Notes: generated from the sequence alone by a model not told the origin. Shown: positions 6,632 to 14,299, counted from the first letter of the stretch. The stretch is 32,000 bases of DNA from Planctomycetales bacterium (GCA_022646745.1 CP060262.1:2970001-3002000), one strand, 5' to 3'. Numbers and translations are program-made.

Positions 6632-8113
6632 ATGGCACACCGGACTGATTGGAAAACTGCAAACATAGGCAGGGGACTTCTGCTTGGCGGGCTGCTGATC
6701 GCAGCCGCATCCTGTACCAAGGGCAATACTGACGGCTCGATCCAGGGTTTTGCTGACGAAATGCCGGAAATCACCGTTTCCGCAATCAACCCGACCAGCG
6801 CCCACGGTGTTCAGGGTATTGATGTCGTCACCACCCCTGAGGGTGACGGAGTGACCGTCAGCCTTGTTGCTGCCAACGGCTTTGAGGCAGGCGAGCAGCT
6901 GTTCTTCAATGTCGGCTTCAACCCGAGCACCGCACATGCCGAGGAAGTGCAGTCCGTGGTCTCCGCCCAGGGTGAGAATGTCGTCAGTCTGGCGATCGAG
7001 TCCCAGCCTGGCAGCATCGACTTCGGAGCGGTCAGCACGGCCCCGGGCGGCAGTGCGGCCAGCCCGGGTGACACCCTGATGAGCTTCAAGCTCAAGCCCG
7101 GCGAGGCGGACCTCGGCAAGTACGTCAGTTCCGCTGGACGCAACCCATCCCTGAGCCGCGCCAAGAACCTCGAGTTCCACAAGAACGACGGGGGTAACTG
7201 GGTGCTGGAGTGGGACTACACCAACCCCGGTGACTACAACCAGGACGGCGAGGTCAGCATCACTGACATCACCCCGATCGGCGTGCACTTCGGCCAGAAG
7301 GTTGCCAACAGCTGGAATGACAAGAAGCGCCACATTGACGCTGACAGCAACGGCGAGATCAACCTTGGCGACATCACCCCGATGGGCCAGAACTACGGTG
7401 CGCGGATCTTCGCCTACAACATCGAGATGAGCGAGAACGGTGACGACGGCTTCATCGTGGTCGGCCAGCTGCTTGTCGACGAGGAGGAGGAGCTGGAGCC
7501 CGGCGAGACCAAGCGCTTCGCCTATGAGTTCGGCGCGCAGTATGTTGTCGGTGGCTGGTACCGTGTGGTTCCGCTGGACAAGGAACTGCAGTTCGGTTCC
7601 CCCTCCGAGGCGATCAGCGAGTTCGGACGCCGCATGGCTCCGGTTGCCTACGCCGCCGGACAGAAGGCACTGGTCACAGTGTTCGGCCAGAACATGTCCG
7701 GCAACATTGCCCACGCCAACGCGATCCGCGTGGTCTTCCCGGCCAGCTACGACTACGTGCCGGGCAGTGCCAACGCCGGCAAGCCGGGTGGCAACCCCTG
7801 GGACCCGGACGGCATCTGGAAGGGTTTCGCTGACAGCCTGCTGTTCCCGCCGGACGCCTTCCACAAGGTGGAGGAACTTGGCAACGGCAAGCGCGCAATG
7901 GACTTCAACGTCACCAGCCTGACCCGCCGCAGCCCGGCTTCCCCGGACCTCTACGGCGACATCGTGAACTTCAAGCTGGAGAGCACGAGCGGCGAGCCGC
8001 TGAGCCTCGAGTTCATGGTCTATGACGACGCCGGCATCCATCGCACCTACTTCTCCGATGGAGACGAGAATGCGGTCGACTTCGGCAATGCCCTCGGCCT
8101 GCGCCTGAACTAA
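6632..8113 (+). CDS. lipoprotein with a dockerin-type (EF-hand-like Ca-binding) repeat pair
   Basis: SD GGAGG lies 6 nt upstream. Lipobox LLIAAASC. Two dockerin-like segments: DYNQDGEVSITDITPIGVHFG and DADSNGEINLGDITPMGQNYG. The antisense 509-aa ORF is a shadow. Confidence 0.75.
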   Translation: MAHRTDWKTANIGRGLLLGGLLIAAASCTKGNTDGSIQGFADEMPEITVSAINPTSAHGVQGIDVVTTPEGDGVTVSLVAANGFEAGEQLFFNVGFNPSTAHAEEVQSVVSAQGENVVSLAIESQPGSIDFGAVSTAPGGSAASPGDTLMSFKLKPGEADLGKYVSSAGRNPSLSRAKNLEFHKNDGGNWVLEWDYTNPGDYNQDGEVSITDITPIGVHFGQKVANSWNDKKRHIDADSNGEINLGDITPMGQNYGARIFAYNIEMSENGDDGFIVVGQLLVDEEEELEPGETKRFAYEFGAQYVVGGWYRVVPLDKELQFGSPSEAISEFGRRMAPVAYAAGQKALVTVFGQNMSGNIAHANAIRVVFPASYDYVPGSANAGKPGGNPWDPDGIWKGFADSLLFPPDAFHKVEELGNGKRAMDFNVTSLTRRSPASPDLYGDIVNFKLESTSGEPLSLEFMVYDDAGIHRTYFSDGDENAVDFGNALGLRLN

Positions 8114-8172
8114 GTAAGGCTGACCAGGCCAGTGAAGGCCCAACAAGGAATTCACTTCATCTACCCAGCGCT

Positions 8173-8205
8173 ACCGGCCCCGGAAACGGGGCCGGTCCGT
8201 TTTCT
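8173..8205 (+). terminator. intrinsic terminator
   Basis: ACCGGCCCCG-GAAA-CGGGGCCGGT (10-bp stem, GNRA loop) followed by CCGTTTTCT. Confidence 0.8.
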
Positions 8206-8220
8206 GGATGTATGGCGAGT

Positions 8221-8362
8221 GGTAGGTGGAGCGCAAGCTCGGCACGGAGGTCCGGCGCAAGCCGGGCATGGAGGCGCGCAATTCATTTGCACGCAATGGA
8301 AAATGGCAAATCAACTTGGTGATTCCGAACAGCAATTGTGCGCAAACAAGTTGCGCACCTCC
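8221..8362. repeat. array of GGAG(G)-hairpin-CA(A)T units bounded by inverted GGTAGG(T/A)GG.GCGCAA ends
   Basis: Units: GGTGGAGC-GCAA-GCTCGGCAC; GGAGG-TCCGGC-GCAA-GCCGGG-CAT; GGAGG-CGCGCAA-TTCAT-TTGCACG-CAATGG (8270-8298, plus strand); and the reverse-oriented GGAGG-TGCGCAA-CTTGT-TTGCGCA-CAATTG (8362..8333). Confidence 0.8.
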
Positions 8363-8928
8363 TACCTATGTTCCAGCGCAAGTCGCACCGCATAGCATGA
8401 CTTGTCCATGTGGTGGCTGGTGATCAGCCTCAGCTGCAGGTCCTTGTCATCCAGGCCCGGGTCGAACAGGTAGCTTAAGTGGATCTGCCCGTCGCCGGTT
8501 TCGCTGCGGTCCAGTGGCTCACCGAGCTTTGCCTGAACTTCGTCGGCCCCCATTGTGGCAATCGGCTCTCCCAGCAGGCGGATGCTGCTGGTGACTCCCG
8601 TGTTGATGAAGCAGCGGATATCACTGATCTTTCCGCCGAGCGGGTCAGGGTCGCCACCCGGGTCCGCCTCGTAATAGATGGCAACAACTTCATCCTTGTC
8701 ACTCTCAATGTCGTAGCCGTGGATCTCATTCTTCTGGTCGGAGCTGATCAGCTTGATCTCCATCCCGGCCGGGTCAACCAGTGCATCCACCTCAGATGGG
8801 CTCATCAGAAGCCTGAGCCCGATCCCGAGGTTCTCGCCGACCAGGCCCTCCATCTGCGGCAGCTTGTTGCGCGCCGGACAGCCGCCCAGGCAGAGCAGGC
8901 ACAGGATTGCGGGCAGCAGCAGTCGCAT
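8362..8928 (-). CDS. lipoprotein, unknown function
   Basis: Start preferred at the second Met (MRLLLPAILCLLCLGGC, lipobox LGGC). The track ORF extends to 8943. The last G of the TAG stop is the first G of a GGAGG repeat unit. Confidence 0.65.
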   Translation of the reverse strand: MRLLLPAILCLLCLGGCPARNKLPQMEGLVGENLGIGLRLLMSPSEVDALVDPAGMEIKLISSDQKNEIHGYDIESDKDEVVAIYYEADPGGDPDPLGGKISDIRCFINTGVTSSIRLLGEPIATMGADEVQAKLGEPLDRSETGDGQIHLSYLFDPGLDDKDLQLRLITSHHMDKSCYAVRLALEHR

Positions 8929-8953
8929 ATCCCAATAGTACAACGCTGCCCGC

Positions 8954-8959
8954 TAGAAT
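8954..8959 (+). promoter_or_regulatory. -10 hexamer TAGAAT, 6 nt upstream of ATG 8966
   Basis: cgcTAGAATactggcATGcgc. Confidence 0.45.
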
Positions 8960-8965
8960 ACTGGC

Positions 8966-10153
8966 ATGCGCATTCAGCTTGACAGGCGGGGCAGGGCGGT
9001 GGTGCCCGTCATCGTTCTATTGCTGATGCTCACGCTGATCTTCCTTTCCGTCATTAACTGGCGGCGCACGAAGCAGGCCGATGAACAGCTGCTGCTTGTC
9101 AGCGGCACGGTTGAAGCCCGCTACACCCGCATTGCCAGCCAGCTCGGCGGCCGCATCACCGAACTTCCGGTTGAGGAAGGGATGGATGTCAAGCAGGGCC
9201 AGCTGATCGTGCGCACCGACCCGCTGGACCTGCCGATGCAGCTGGAACAGGCCAGCCGTGCCATCGAGACAGCGCAGGCCAACCTGGACCTGCTGCGGGA
9301 AGGCCCGACGCGTGAGGAACTGGCTGCCGCCCTGCATCGTGCTGAGGCTGCACAGAGTGCATACGAGAACATCCAGCAGGGCAGCCGCACTGAGGACATA
9401 GCCGCTGCTGAAGCCGCCGTCGCCCAGGCGCAGACGCGGCTCAACGATGCCCGCGATGAGCTGGGCCGGCTGGAGCTGCTGTTCAAGAGTGCTGTTGTCG
9501 AGGAGCGCAAGGTGGTCGCCGCCCGGGCCCAGGTCAGCCAGCTGGAGGATGCCCTCTCTTCAGCCAAAACTCGCGTTGAGCTTCTCAGGAACGGTCCGCG
9601 TGAAGAGGAAATCGAGCAGGCCCGCCAGCAGGCCGAAGCGGCCCGCAGTGATTACGAGCGCCTGAAGCTTGGTGCGCGCGAGCAGGAAATCACCGCCGCC
9701 GAATCTAGCATCGCCGGTTTATACGCCGGACGCGACGCCCTGCAGGTGCGCCTTGATGAAACGAACGTAAGTTCACCTGCCGATGGCGAGATCATCAACC
9801 TGCCTGTCAACATTGGCGACATGCTGCAACCGGGCCAGACCGTCGCCGAACTGCTGCTGCCTGACAGCATCTACATCCAGACCTTCATCCCGGAGGACCG
9901 GCTGGCCTGGATCAGCCTTGGCAGCCAGCTTGAATACTTCACCGATGGCGTCTCCGGCAGCGAACTGGCAACGGTCAGCTTCATCTCTCCTGAAGCGGAG
10001 TTCACCCCGCGTAACCTGCAGACCACGCAGAAGCGCGTCGAGCAGGTCTACCGCGTCAAGCTGCAGCCAGCATCCGGCAGCGTGCTGCGGCCGGGACTGA
10101 TCTGCGATGTGCGCATCCCGGCCCCGGAGGACGGTGATGGCTCGGACGGCTGA
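8966..10153 (+). CDS. HlyD/YbhG-family periplasmic adaptor (membrane fusion protein)
   Basis: N-terminal TM anchor, a long coiled-coil with repeated GPR(E)EE(L/I) segments, a lipoyl/beta-barrel end, and the characteristic FTPRNLQTTQKRVEQVYRVK. Confidence 0.85.
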   Translation: MRIQLDRRGRAVVPVIVLLLMLTLIFLSVINWRRTKQADEQLLLVSGTVEARYTRIASQLGGRITELPVEEGMDVKQGQLIVRTDPLDLPMQLEQASRAIETAQANLDLLREGPTREELAAALHRAEAAQSAYENIQQGSRTEDIAAAEAAVAQAQTRLNDARDELGRLELLFKSAVVEERKVVAARAQVSQLEDALSSAKTRVELLRNGPREEEIEQARQQAEAARSDYERLKLGAREQEITAAESSIAGLYAGRDALQVRLDETNVSSPADGEIINLPVNIGDMLQPGQTVAELLLPDSIYIQTFIPEDRLAWISLGSQLEYFTDGVSGSELATVSFISPEAEFTPRNLQTTQKRVEQVYRVKLQPASGSVLRPGLICDVRIPAPEDGDGSDG

Positions 10154-11087
10154 CGGGCCGGCGATCAGCGCAGCCGCGCTGACGATGCGTTTTGGCAGCT
10201 TCACCGCGGTGCAGGACGTGTCCTTCGATGTCTCCCCCGGTGAAATCTTCGGCTTCCTCGGGCCGAATGGCAGCGGCAAGTCAACCGTGATCCGAATGCT
10301 CTGCGGCCTGCTGAGGCCCAGTGAGGGCAGCGGCCATATTCTTGGGATGGACAGCAGCCGAGAGGCGGAGTCCGTCAAGCGCAGCATCGGTTACATGAGC
10401 CAGAAGTTCTCGCTCTATCCAGACCTGACCGTGCACGAGAACCTTTCGTTCTACGGCCGCATCTACGGCCTGGGCAGGCGACTGCATGAGCGGATGGATG
10501 CCGTTGTCAAGCAGCTGCACCTCGCGCCCTATGTGCAGCGGCGAGCCGGGGCCCTGAGCGGCGGCTGGAAGCAGCGCCTTGCGCTGGCCTGCGCCCTGCT
10601 GCACGAACCGCGCGTGATGTTCCTCGATGAACCAACCGCCGGCATCGACCCGGTGGCTCGCCGTGAACTGTGGGACTTCCTCTATGAGCTGGCCGGACGC
10701 GGCGTGACCCTGTTCGTCACCACGCACTACATGGATGAGGCCGAGCGCTGCAACCGGCTGGGCTACATCTACCTCAGCCGCATGCTGTTGTTGGGTACGC
10801 CGGATGAGCTGAAGGCCGACCCGCGTGTCACCCCGGACAGCGCTCGCTGGTACGAAGCCGGACTGGATGGAGTTGAGCCGCCGCTGGAGAAACTGGGCAA
10901 ACAGGAAGGCATCAGCGATGTGACCGTGTTTGGCAACACATTGCACCTGCTGGCGGACAGCCGGGTAAGCCAGCCGCAGCTTACGGAACTGGCCGGCGGA
11001 CTGGAGTTCCGCGAAGGTGCCCCCACTCTTGAGGATGTGTTTGTGCGCCTCACCCGCCTGGCGGAGCAGCAGCGGAGGCAGCCATGA
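10137..11087 (+). CDS. ABC transporter ATP-binding protein
   Basis: Walker A GPNGSGKST, signature LSGGWKQRLALA, Walker B VMFLDEPTAGIDP, H-loop TTHYMDEA. Start ATG 10137 is preferred; the track ORF starts at 10107. It overlaps the end of the hlyD-like gene. Confidence 0.9.
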   Translation: MARTADGPAISAAALTMRFGSFTAVQDVSFDVSPGEIFGFLGPNGSGKSTVIRMLCGLLRPSEGSGHILGMDSSREAESVKRSIGYMSQKFSLYPDLTVHENLSFYGRIYGLGRRLHERMDAVVKQLHLAPYVQRRAGALSGGWKQRLALACALLHEPRVMFLDEPTAGIDPVARRELWDFLYELAGRGVTLFVTTHYMDEAERCNRLGYIYLSRMLLLGTPDELKADPRVTPDSARWYEAGLDGVEPPLEKLGKQEGISDVTVFGNTLHLLADSRVSQPQLTELAGGLEFREGAPTLEDVFVRLTRLAEQQRRQP

Positions 11088-12196
11088 TGCGCGGCCTCGG
11101 CGGGATCATCTACAAGGAGTTCATCCAGATCACGCGCAACCCGGCGACGCTCGTGATCACGCTCCTGATCCCGATCATCCAGCTGATCATTTTCGGCTAC
11201 GCCATCGACACCGAAGTGCGCAATGTGCGCACCCAAGTGCTGGATCTTGACAACACGCCCCAGAGCCGCGAATTCCTCAACCGCTTCAGGGCCACCGGAC
11301 TGTATGACATCCGCGGCTACGTTGCCAGTGCATCCGAGCTTGAGTCCGCGATCGTCAGCGGGCAGGCCAGCGTCGGCATCCAGATCCCATCCGGTTACGG
11401 CCGTGAATTGTCCGGTAAACGGCCCGCAGAGATCCTCGTGCTGATTGACGGCAGCAACAACACGATTGCCAGCCAGACGATGTCAACCGCGCAGACACTT
11501 GGCATCCGCATGTCCATCGAGCAGCTGTCCGGTAGCAGCCCCGAGCGGTCGCTGCTCATTGATGTCCGTCCGCGCTTCCTGTTCAACCCGGCGCTGCGCT
11601 CCGCCAACTTCTTCGTGCCGGGCCTTGTCGGAGTGATCCTGTTCCTTGTCACCATGCTGCTGACCAGTTTCGCGATTGTCAGCGAAAAGGAGCTCGGCAC
11701 AATGGAGCAGCTGGCCGTCTCGCCGGTCAGCCGCGGCGGCCTGATGCTCGGCAAGATCCTTCCATACCTGCTGCTTGGGATGATCCAGATGAATGTCGTG
11801 CTGTTCTTCGCGCAGTTCATCTTCAAGGTGGAAATCGCCGGCAGCCTGCCGCTCCTGGAACTGCTGGCCCTGGTGTTCGTGTTCTCATCACTCGGGCTGG
11901 GCCTGATCATCTCCACGATTGCCAAAACGCAGTTGCAGGCGATGCTGATGAGCTTCATGATCCTGCTGCCTTCGATCCTGCTCTCGGGCTTCATCTTCCC
12001 GCGGGAGAGTATGCCGCTGCCGATCTACTGGATCAGCGCGTTGCTGCCGGTGACCTACTTCGTGGAGATCCTGCGCGGTGTGATCCTGCGCAGCGCTGGG
12101 ATGGAAGCACTGTGGGACGAAGCGCTGATCCTGACCTGCATGGGCCTGCTGCTGCTGGCAATCGCCACGGTCCGCTTCAGGAAGACAGTGGGCTAG
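11084..12196 (+). CDS. ABC-2 type transporter permease (YbhS/YbhR-like)
   Basis: ATGA overlap with the ATPase gene. Opens with IYKEFIQITRNP, then a large periplasmic loop and about 5 C-terminal TM segments. Confidence 0.85.
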   Translation: MMRGLGGIIYKEFIQITRNPATLVITLLIPIIQLIIFGYAIDTEVRNVRTQVLDLDNTPQSREFLNRFRATGLYDIRGYVASASELESAIVSGQASVGIQIPSGYGRELSGKRPAEILVLIDGSNNTIASQTMSTAQTLGIRMSIEQLSGSSPERSLLIDVRPRFLFNPALRSANFFVPGLVGVILFLVTMLLTSFAIVSEKELGTMEQLAVSPVSRGGLMLGKILPYLLLGMIQMNVVLFFAQFIFKVEIAGSLPLLELLALVFVFSSLGLGLIISTIAKTQLQAMLMSFMILLPSILLSGFIFPRESMPLPIYWISALLPVTYFVEILRGVILRSAGMEALWDEALILTCMGLLLLAIATVRFRKTVG

Positions 12197-12273
12197 GAGG
12201 TCAGCTGTAAAGCTGACAACGGAGGCACTGCGAAGCTGTGCCATCGGAGTTGCGGCGCAAGTCGTACAGGGGA
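12196..12273 (+). repeat. three tandem GGAG(G)-hairpin units starting on the permease TAG stop codon
   Basis: taGGAGG-TCAGCT-GTAA-AGCTGA-CAAC; GGAGGCAC(T)GC-GAA-GC(T)GTGCC-ATC; GGAG-TTGCGGC-GCAA-GTCGTA-CAGG. The third unit has G.U pairs only if it is transcribed from the plus strand. Confidence 0.75.
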
Positions 12274-12304
12274 GCTACCCGCTTTAGCGGTAGCAGAGTT
12301 TTTT
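12274..12304 (+). terminator. intrinsic terminator (fourth GGAG-hairpin unit)
   Basis: gGGAG-CTACCCGC-TTTA-GCGGTAG-CAGAG-TTTTTT. Confidence 0.65.
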
Positions 12305-12347
12305 GTAGTTCCGGCAATGGTGGCCTGACAGTCAGCCTGGCCATCAA

Positions 12348-12815
12348 TCAATCCATCTCCTTCATCACGCTCAGGAAGAAGTAATCAAACTCAGGCTTGT
12401 GTGCTGACCCTGTCTGGTGGGACAGTTCAACATACCAGCCCTTCTCAGGAGCCAGCAAGCGGATGCGGATCACTCCATCATTGTCAGGTTCCGTTGGATT
12501 ATTGCCGTCCAGGCTGTATCCCTGTGCCTCAGCGCGCTTGACAACATCAGCACTCATCTTGGCCCAGTCGCTATTTCCGAGCGGAACCTTGTACATCACC
12601 CGGCCCTGTGACCCGGTCAGCATCATGTCCTTTGCCTGCTCCGGATGCTCAAGCAGGCTGGCGACAAGTTCATGATTGCTGTTCTCAGCCCCCCTATCTT
12701 CCCACTTGAGCTCATGAACAACACGATGAGAAATTCGGGAAATCTTCAAGCCGGCAACCAGCAGTATGCCAAGGCATGCCAACACGCCGAGTGCGATTCC
12801 TCTTTTACCTGCCAA
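12348..12815 (-). CDS. membrane-anchored small protein, paralog B (unknown family)
   Basis: The proposed start is TTG 12815, with AGGAGG 6 nt upstream. This gives M-AGKRGIALGVLACLGILLVAGL (a TM anchor). The track ORF's extra N-terminal 44 residues would overlap the upstream gene. Similar to paralog A (see findings). Confidence 0.55.
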   Translation of the reverse strand: MAGKRGIALGVLACLGILLVAGLKISRISHRVVHELKWEDRGAENSNHELVASLLEHPEQAKDMMLTGSQGRVMYKVPLGNSDWAKMSADVVKRAEAQGYSLDGNNPTEPDNDGVIRIRLLAPEKGWYVELSHQTGSAHKPEFDYFFLSVMKEMD

Positions 12816-13287
12816 AATTTTCCTCCTGTCCGCTGATGCTGTAGATGCCGATTGTCCATACGTCACCAATTCCTGCATAGAAGAAGTGCACGAACCATTT
12901 GCCGTCTGGAGACTCCATCCTGAATACTGCACCATCTGACTCGTCACTAAGCCTTTTCATTTCCGGATCAAAGTAGTAGCCAAGGCCATCCAGTTTATTG
13001 ATGAGTTGGTCTGTCATTCCTTTCCAATCATCGAGGTTGCTGCTATTAAGCACGTAACCGGTACTTCCGCCCGGACTTTGGATAGTCTCCGTGATGATGT
13101 AGTTGGGATCAACTTCAAGTAATGTCTTCAGGAACTCACCATTAGCCTGTTGCACTTGCTCACTACGTTGAATGCCTTTTGCAAGGATGATTCTTAATAC
13201 AAGAAACGACATTGCCAGAATAACGATCAACGTGCAGATAAGAACTGCCGGCTTTTTCATTTCTAGCAAATACCTGAGACCGTTCAC
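12805..13287 (-). CDS. membrane-anchored small protein, paralog A (unknown family)
   Basis: GTG 13287, or alternatively ATG 13260 (MKKPAVLICTLIVILAMSFLVL). One N-terminal TM segment plus a soluble domain of about 110 aa. Clearly AT-richer than its surroundings. Confidence 0.6.
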   Translation of the reverse strand: MNGLRYLLEMKKPAVLICTLIVILAMSFLVLRIILAKGIQRSEQVQQANGEFLKTLLEVDPNYIITETIQSPGGSTGYVLNSSNLDDWKGMTDQLINKLDGLGYYFDPEMKRLSDESDGAVFRMESPDGKWFVHFFYAGIGDVWTIGIYSISGQEENFGR

Positions 13288-13290
13288 GCT

Positions 13291-13326
13291 TCACTCCCCA
13301 CTCCTACCTCCCCACTCCCCACTCCA
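13291..13326 (-). repeat. four GGGAGTG / GGAGTGGGG heptad-like repeats (C-rich on the plus strand) between rsmI and paralog A
   Basis: The plus strand reads tCACTCCCCACTCCtacctcCCCACTCCCCACTCCaacc. The same GGAGTGGGGA word recurs at 20367-20376 on the plus strand. Confidence 0.75.
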
Positions 13327-13335
13327 ACCTCTTAT

Positions 13336-14172
13336 CTACGATCCCCCGAACCCCAGCTTCTTCAACCTGTTCGGCTTCACATCCAGCGCCAGGCTCAGGG
13401 CCTTCACCGCATCCTTGCTGGAGAAGCCGTTCTCCTGCAGCAGATCCAGTCGCTCCTTGAGCATTGCGTCGTCATGCTCTTCATCTTCATTCACATGCCG
13501 CCCGCTGACGGCGATGCTGAACTCGCCGGCGATCTTGATCTTCTTGAACACAGTCTCCACTTCCGCCGGCCTGAACAGCACGAACTCCTCATGCATCTTC
13601 GTCATCTCACGCCCGATCAGCACCTCGCGCTCCTCCTCCAGCAGCTCGCACAGTTCCAGCATGTTTTCCCGGACGCGGTGCGGGGAGTCGAAGTACAGCA
13701 CCGGCATCGTGCTGTCGGCGATCGCCTTCAGGGCATCCGTGCGCTTGCCACCGGTCTTCGGGATGAAGCCGTGGAAGGCGAAGTTGTTGTCCACGAAGGG
13801 GCAGGCCGCGAGCAGGGTGCCGAGCGCCGAGCAGCCCGGGATCACCTGCGGGATGATCCCGCTTTCGAAGGCCTGGCGCACCAGCTTGCGCCCCGGGTCG
13901 CTCACTCCTGGCATGCCCGCATCTGTGATGAAGCCCACCTTGCGCCCCGCATCCACCTCATGGATCGCCTTTTTCCAGGCACTCGGCTTGCTGTCATCCG
14001 GCAGCGAGCGCAGGTTGACGCGGCTGATGCCGAAGTGGCTGAGCAGCTTGTGTGTCACCCGGGTATCCTCGCAGTACAGCACATCCAGCGTGCCCAGGAT
14101 GCGCAGCTGGCGGCGCGATACATCGCCGAGGTTACCGATGGGGGAGCCTATGAGGAACAGTTCGCCGGGCAT
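13336..14172 (-). CDS. rsmI: 16S rRNA (cytidine1402-2'-O)-methyltransferase
   Basis: LFLIGSPIGNLGDVSRRQLRILGTLDVLYCEDTR opening and the tetrapyrrole-methylase fold motifs (DAGMPGVSDPG). Confidence 0.9.
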   Translation of the reverse strand: MPGELFLIGSPIGNLGDVSRRQLRILGTLDVLYCEDTRVTHKLLSHFGISRVNLRSLPDDSKPSAWKKAIHEVDAGRKVGFITDAGMPGVSDPGRKLVRQAFESGIIPQVIPGCSALGTLLAACPFVDNNFAFHGFIPKTGGKRTDALKAIADSTMPVLYFDSPHRVRENMLELCELLEEEREVLIGREMTKMHEEFVLFRPAEVETVFKKIKIAGEFSIAVSGRHVNEDEEHDDAMLKERLDLLQENGFSSKDAVKALSLALDVKPNRLKKLGFGGS

Positions 14173-14179
14173 GTGAGGA

Positions 14180-14185
14180 ATTATA
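14180..14185 (-). promoter_or_regulatory. -10 hexamer TATAAT, 7 nt upstream of the rsmI ATG
   Basis: The minus strand reads gcgccTATAATtcctcacATG. Confidence 0.45.
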
Positions 14186-14221
14186 GGCGCGCGGGAAGTA
14201 GATAGGTACAGGGCGTCATGG

Positions 14222-14230
14222 TGATAAAAT
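14222..14230 (+). promoter_or_regulatory. extended -10 (TGaTAAAAT) candidate promoter for infA
   Basis: ggTGaTAAAATactg, about 70 nt upstream of the infA TTG start. Confidence 0.35.
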
Positions 14231-14299
14231 ACTGCGTCCCCGGACTGGCTGCATCCGCGCCTGCCGGGTATTCACGTATCTTGTAGAGAGAGTCTGCAC

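Noticed and set aside
6626-8155. 509-aa ORF antisense to the dockerin lipoprotein gene. Similar long antisense ORFs occur at 98..634, 2189..2938, 3263..4075, 9773..10387, 10281..10946, 13172..14176, 16947..18146, 17864..18609, 22904..24076, 24702..25580, 25823..26761 and 28968..29819.
   Set aside because: These are typical high-GC shadow frames with A/G/R/V/H/P-rich, low-information sequences and no signal or motif content. Each lies opposite an ORF with clear family motifs or a coherent membrane or signal-peptide architecture.
8221-8362. The tandem hairpin units (also at 12196-12304 and 30400-30578) as a CRISPR array
   Set aside because: There is no constant repeat alternating with unique spacers of fixed length. 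The units abut each other, their stems differ, each locus has only 2-4 units, and there are no cas genes in the window.
13291-13326. Canonical G-quadruplex on the minus strand
   Set aside because: There are only three GGGG runs and the rest are GG. A four-tract G3+ quadruplex cannot form without using two-tetrad stacks.
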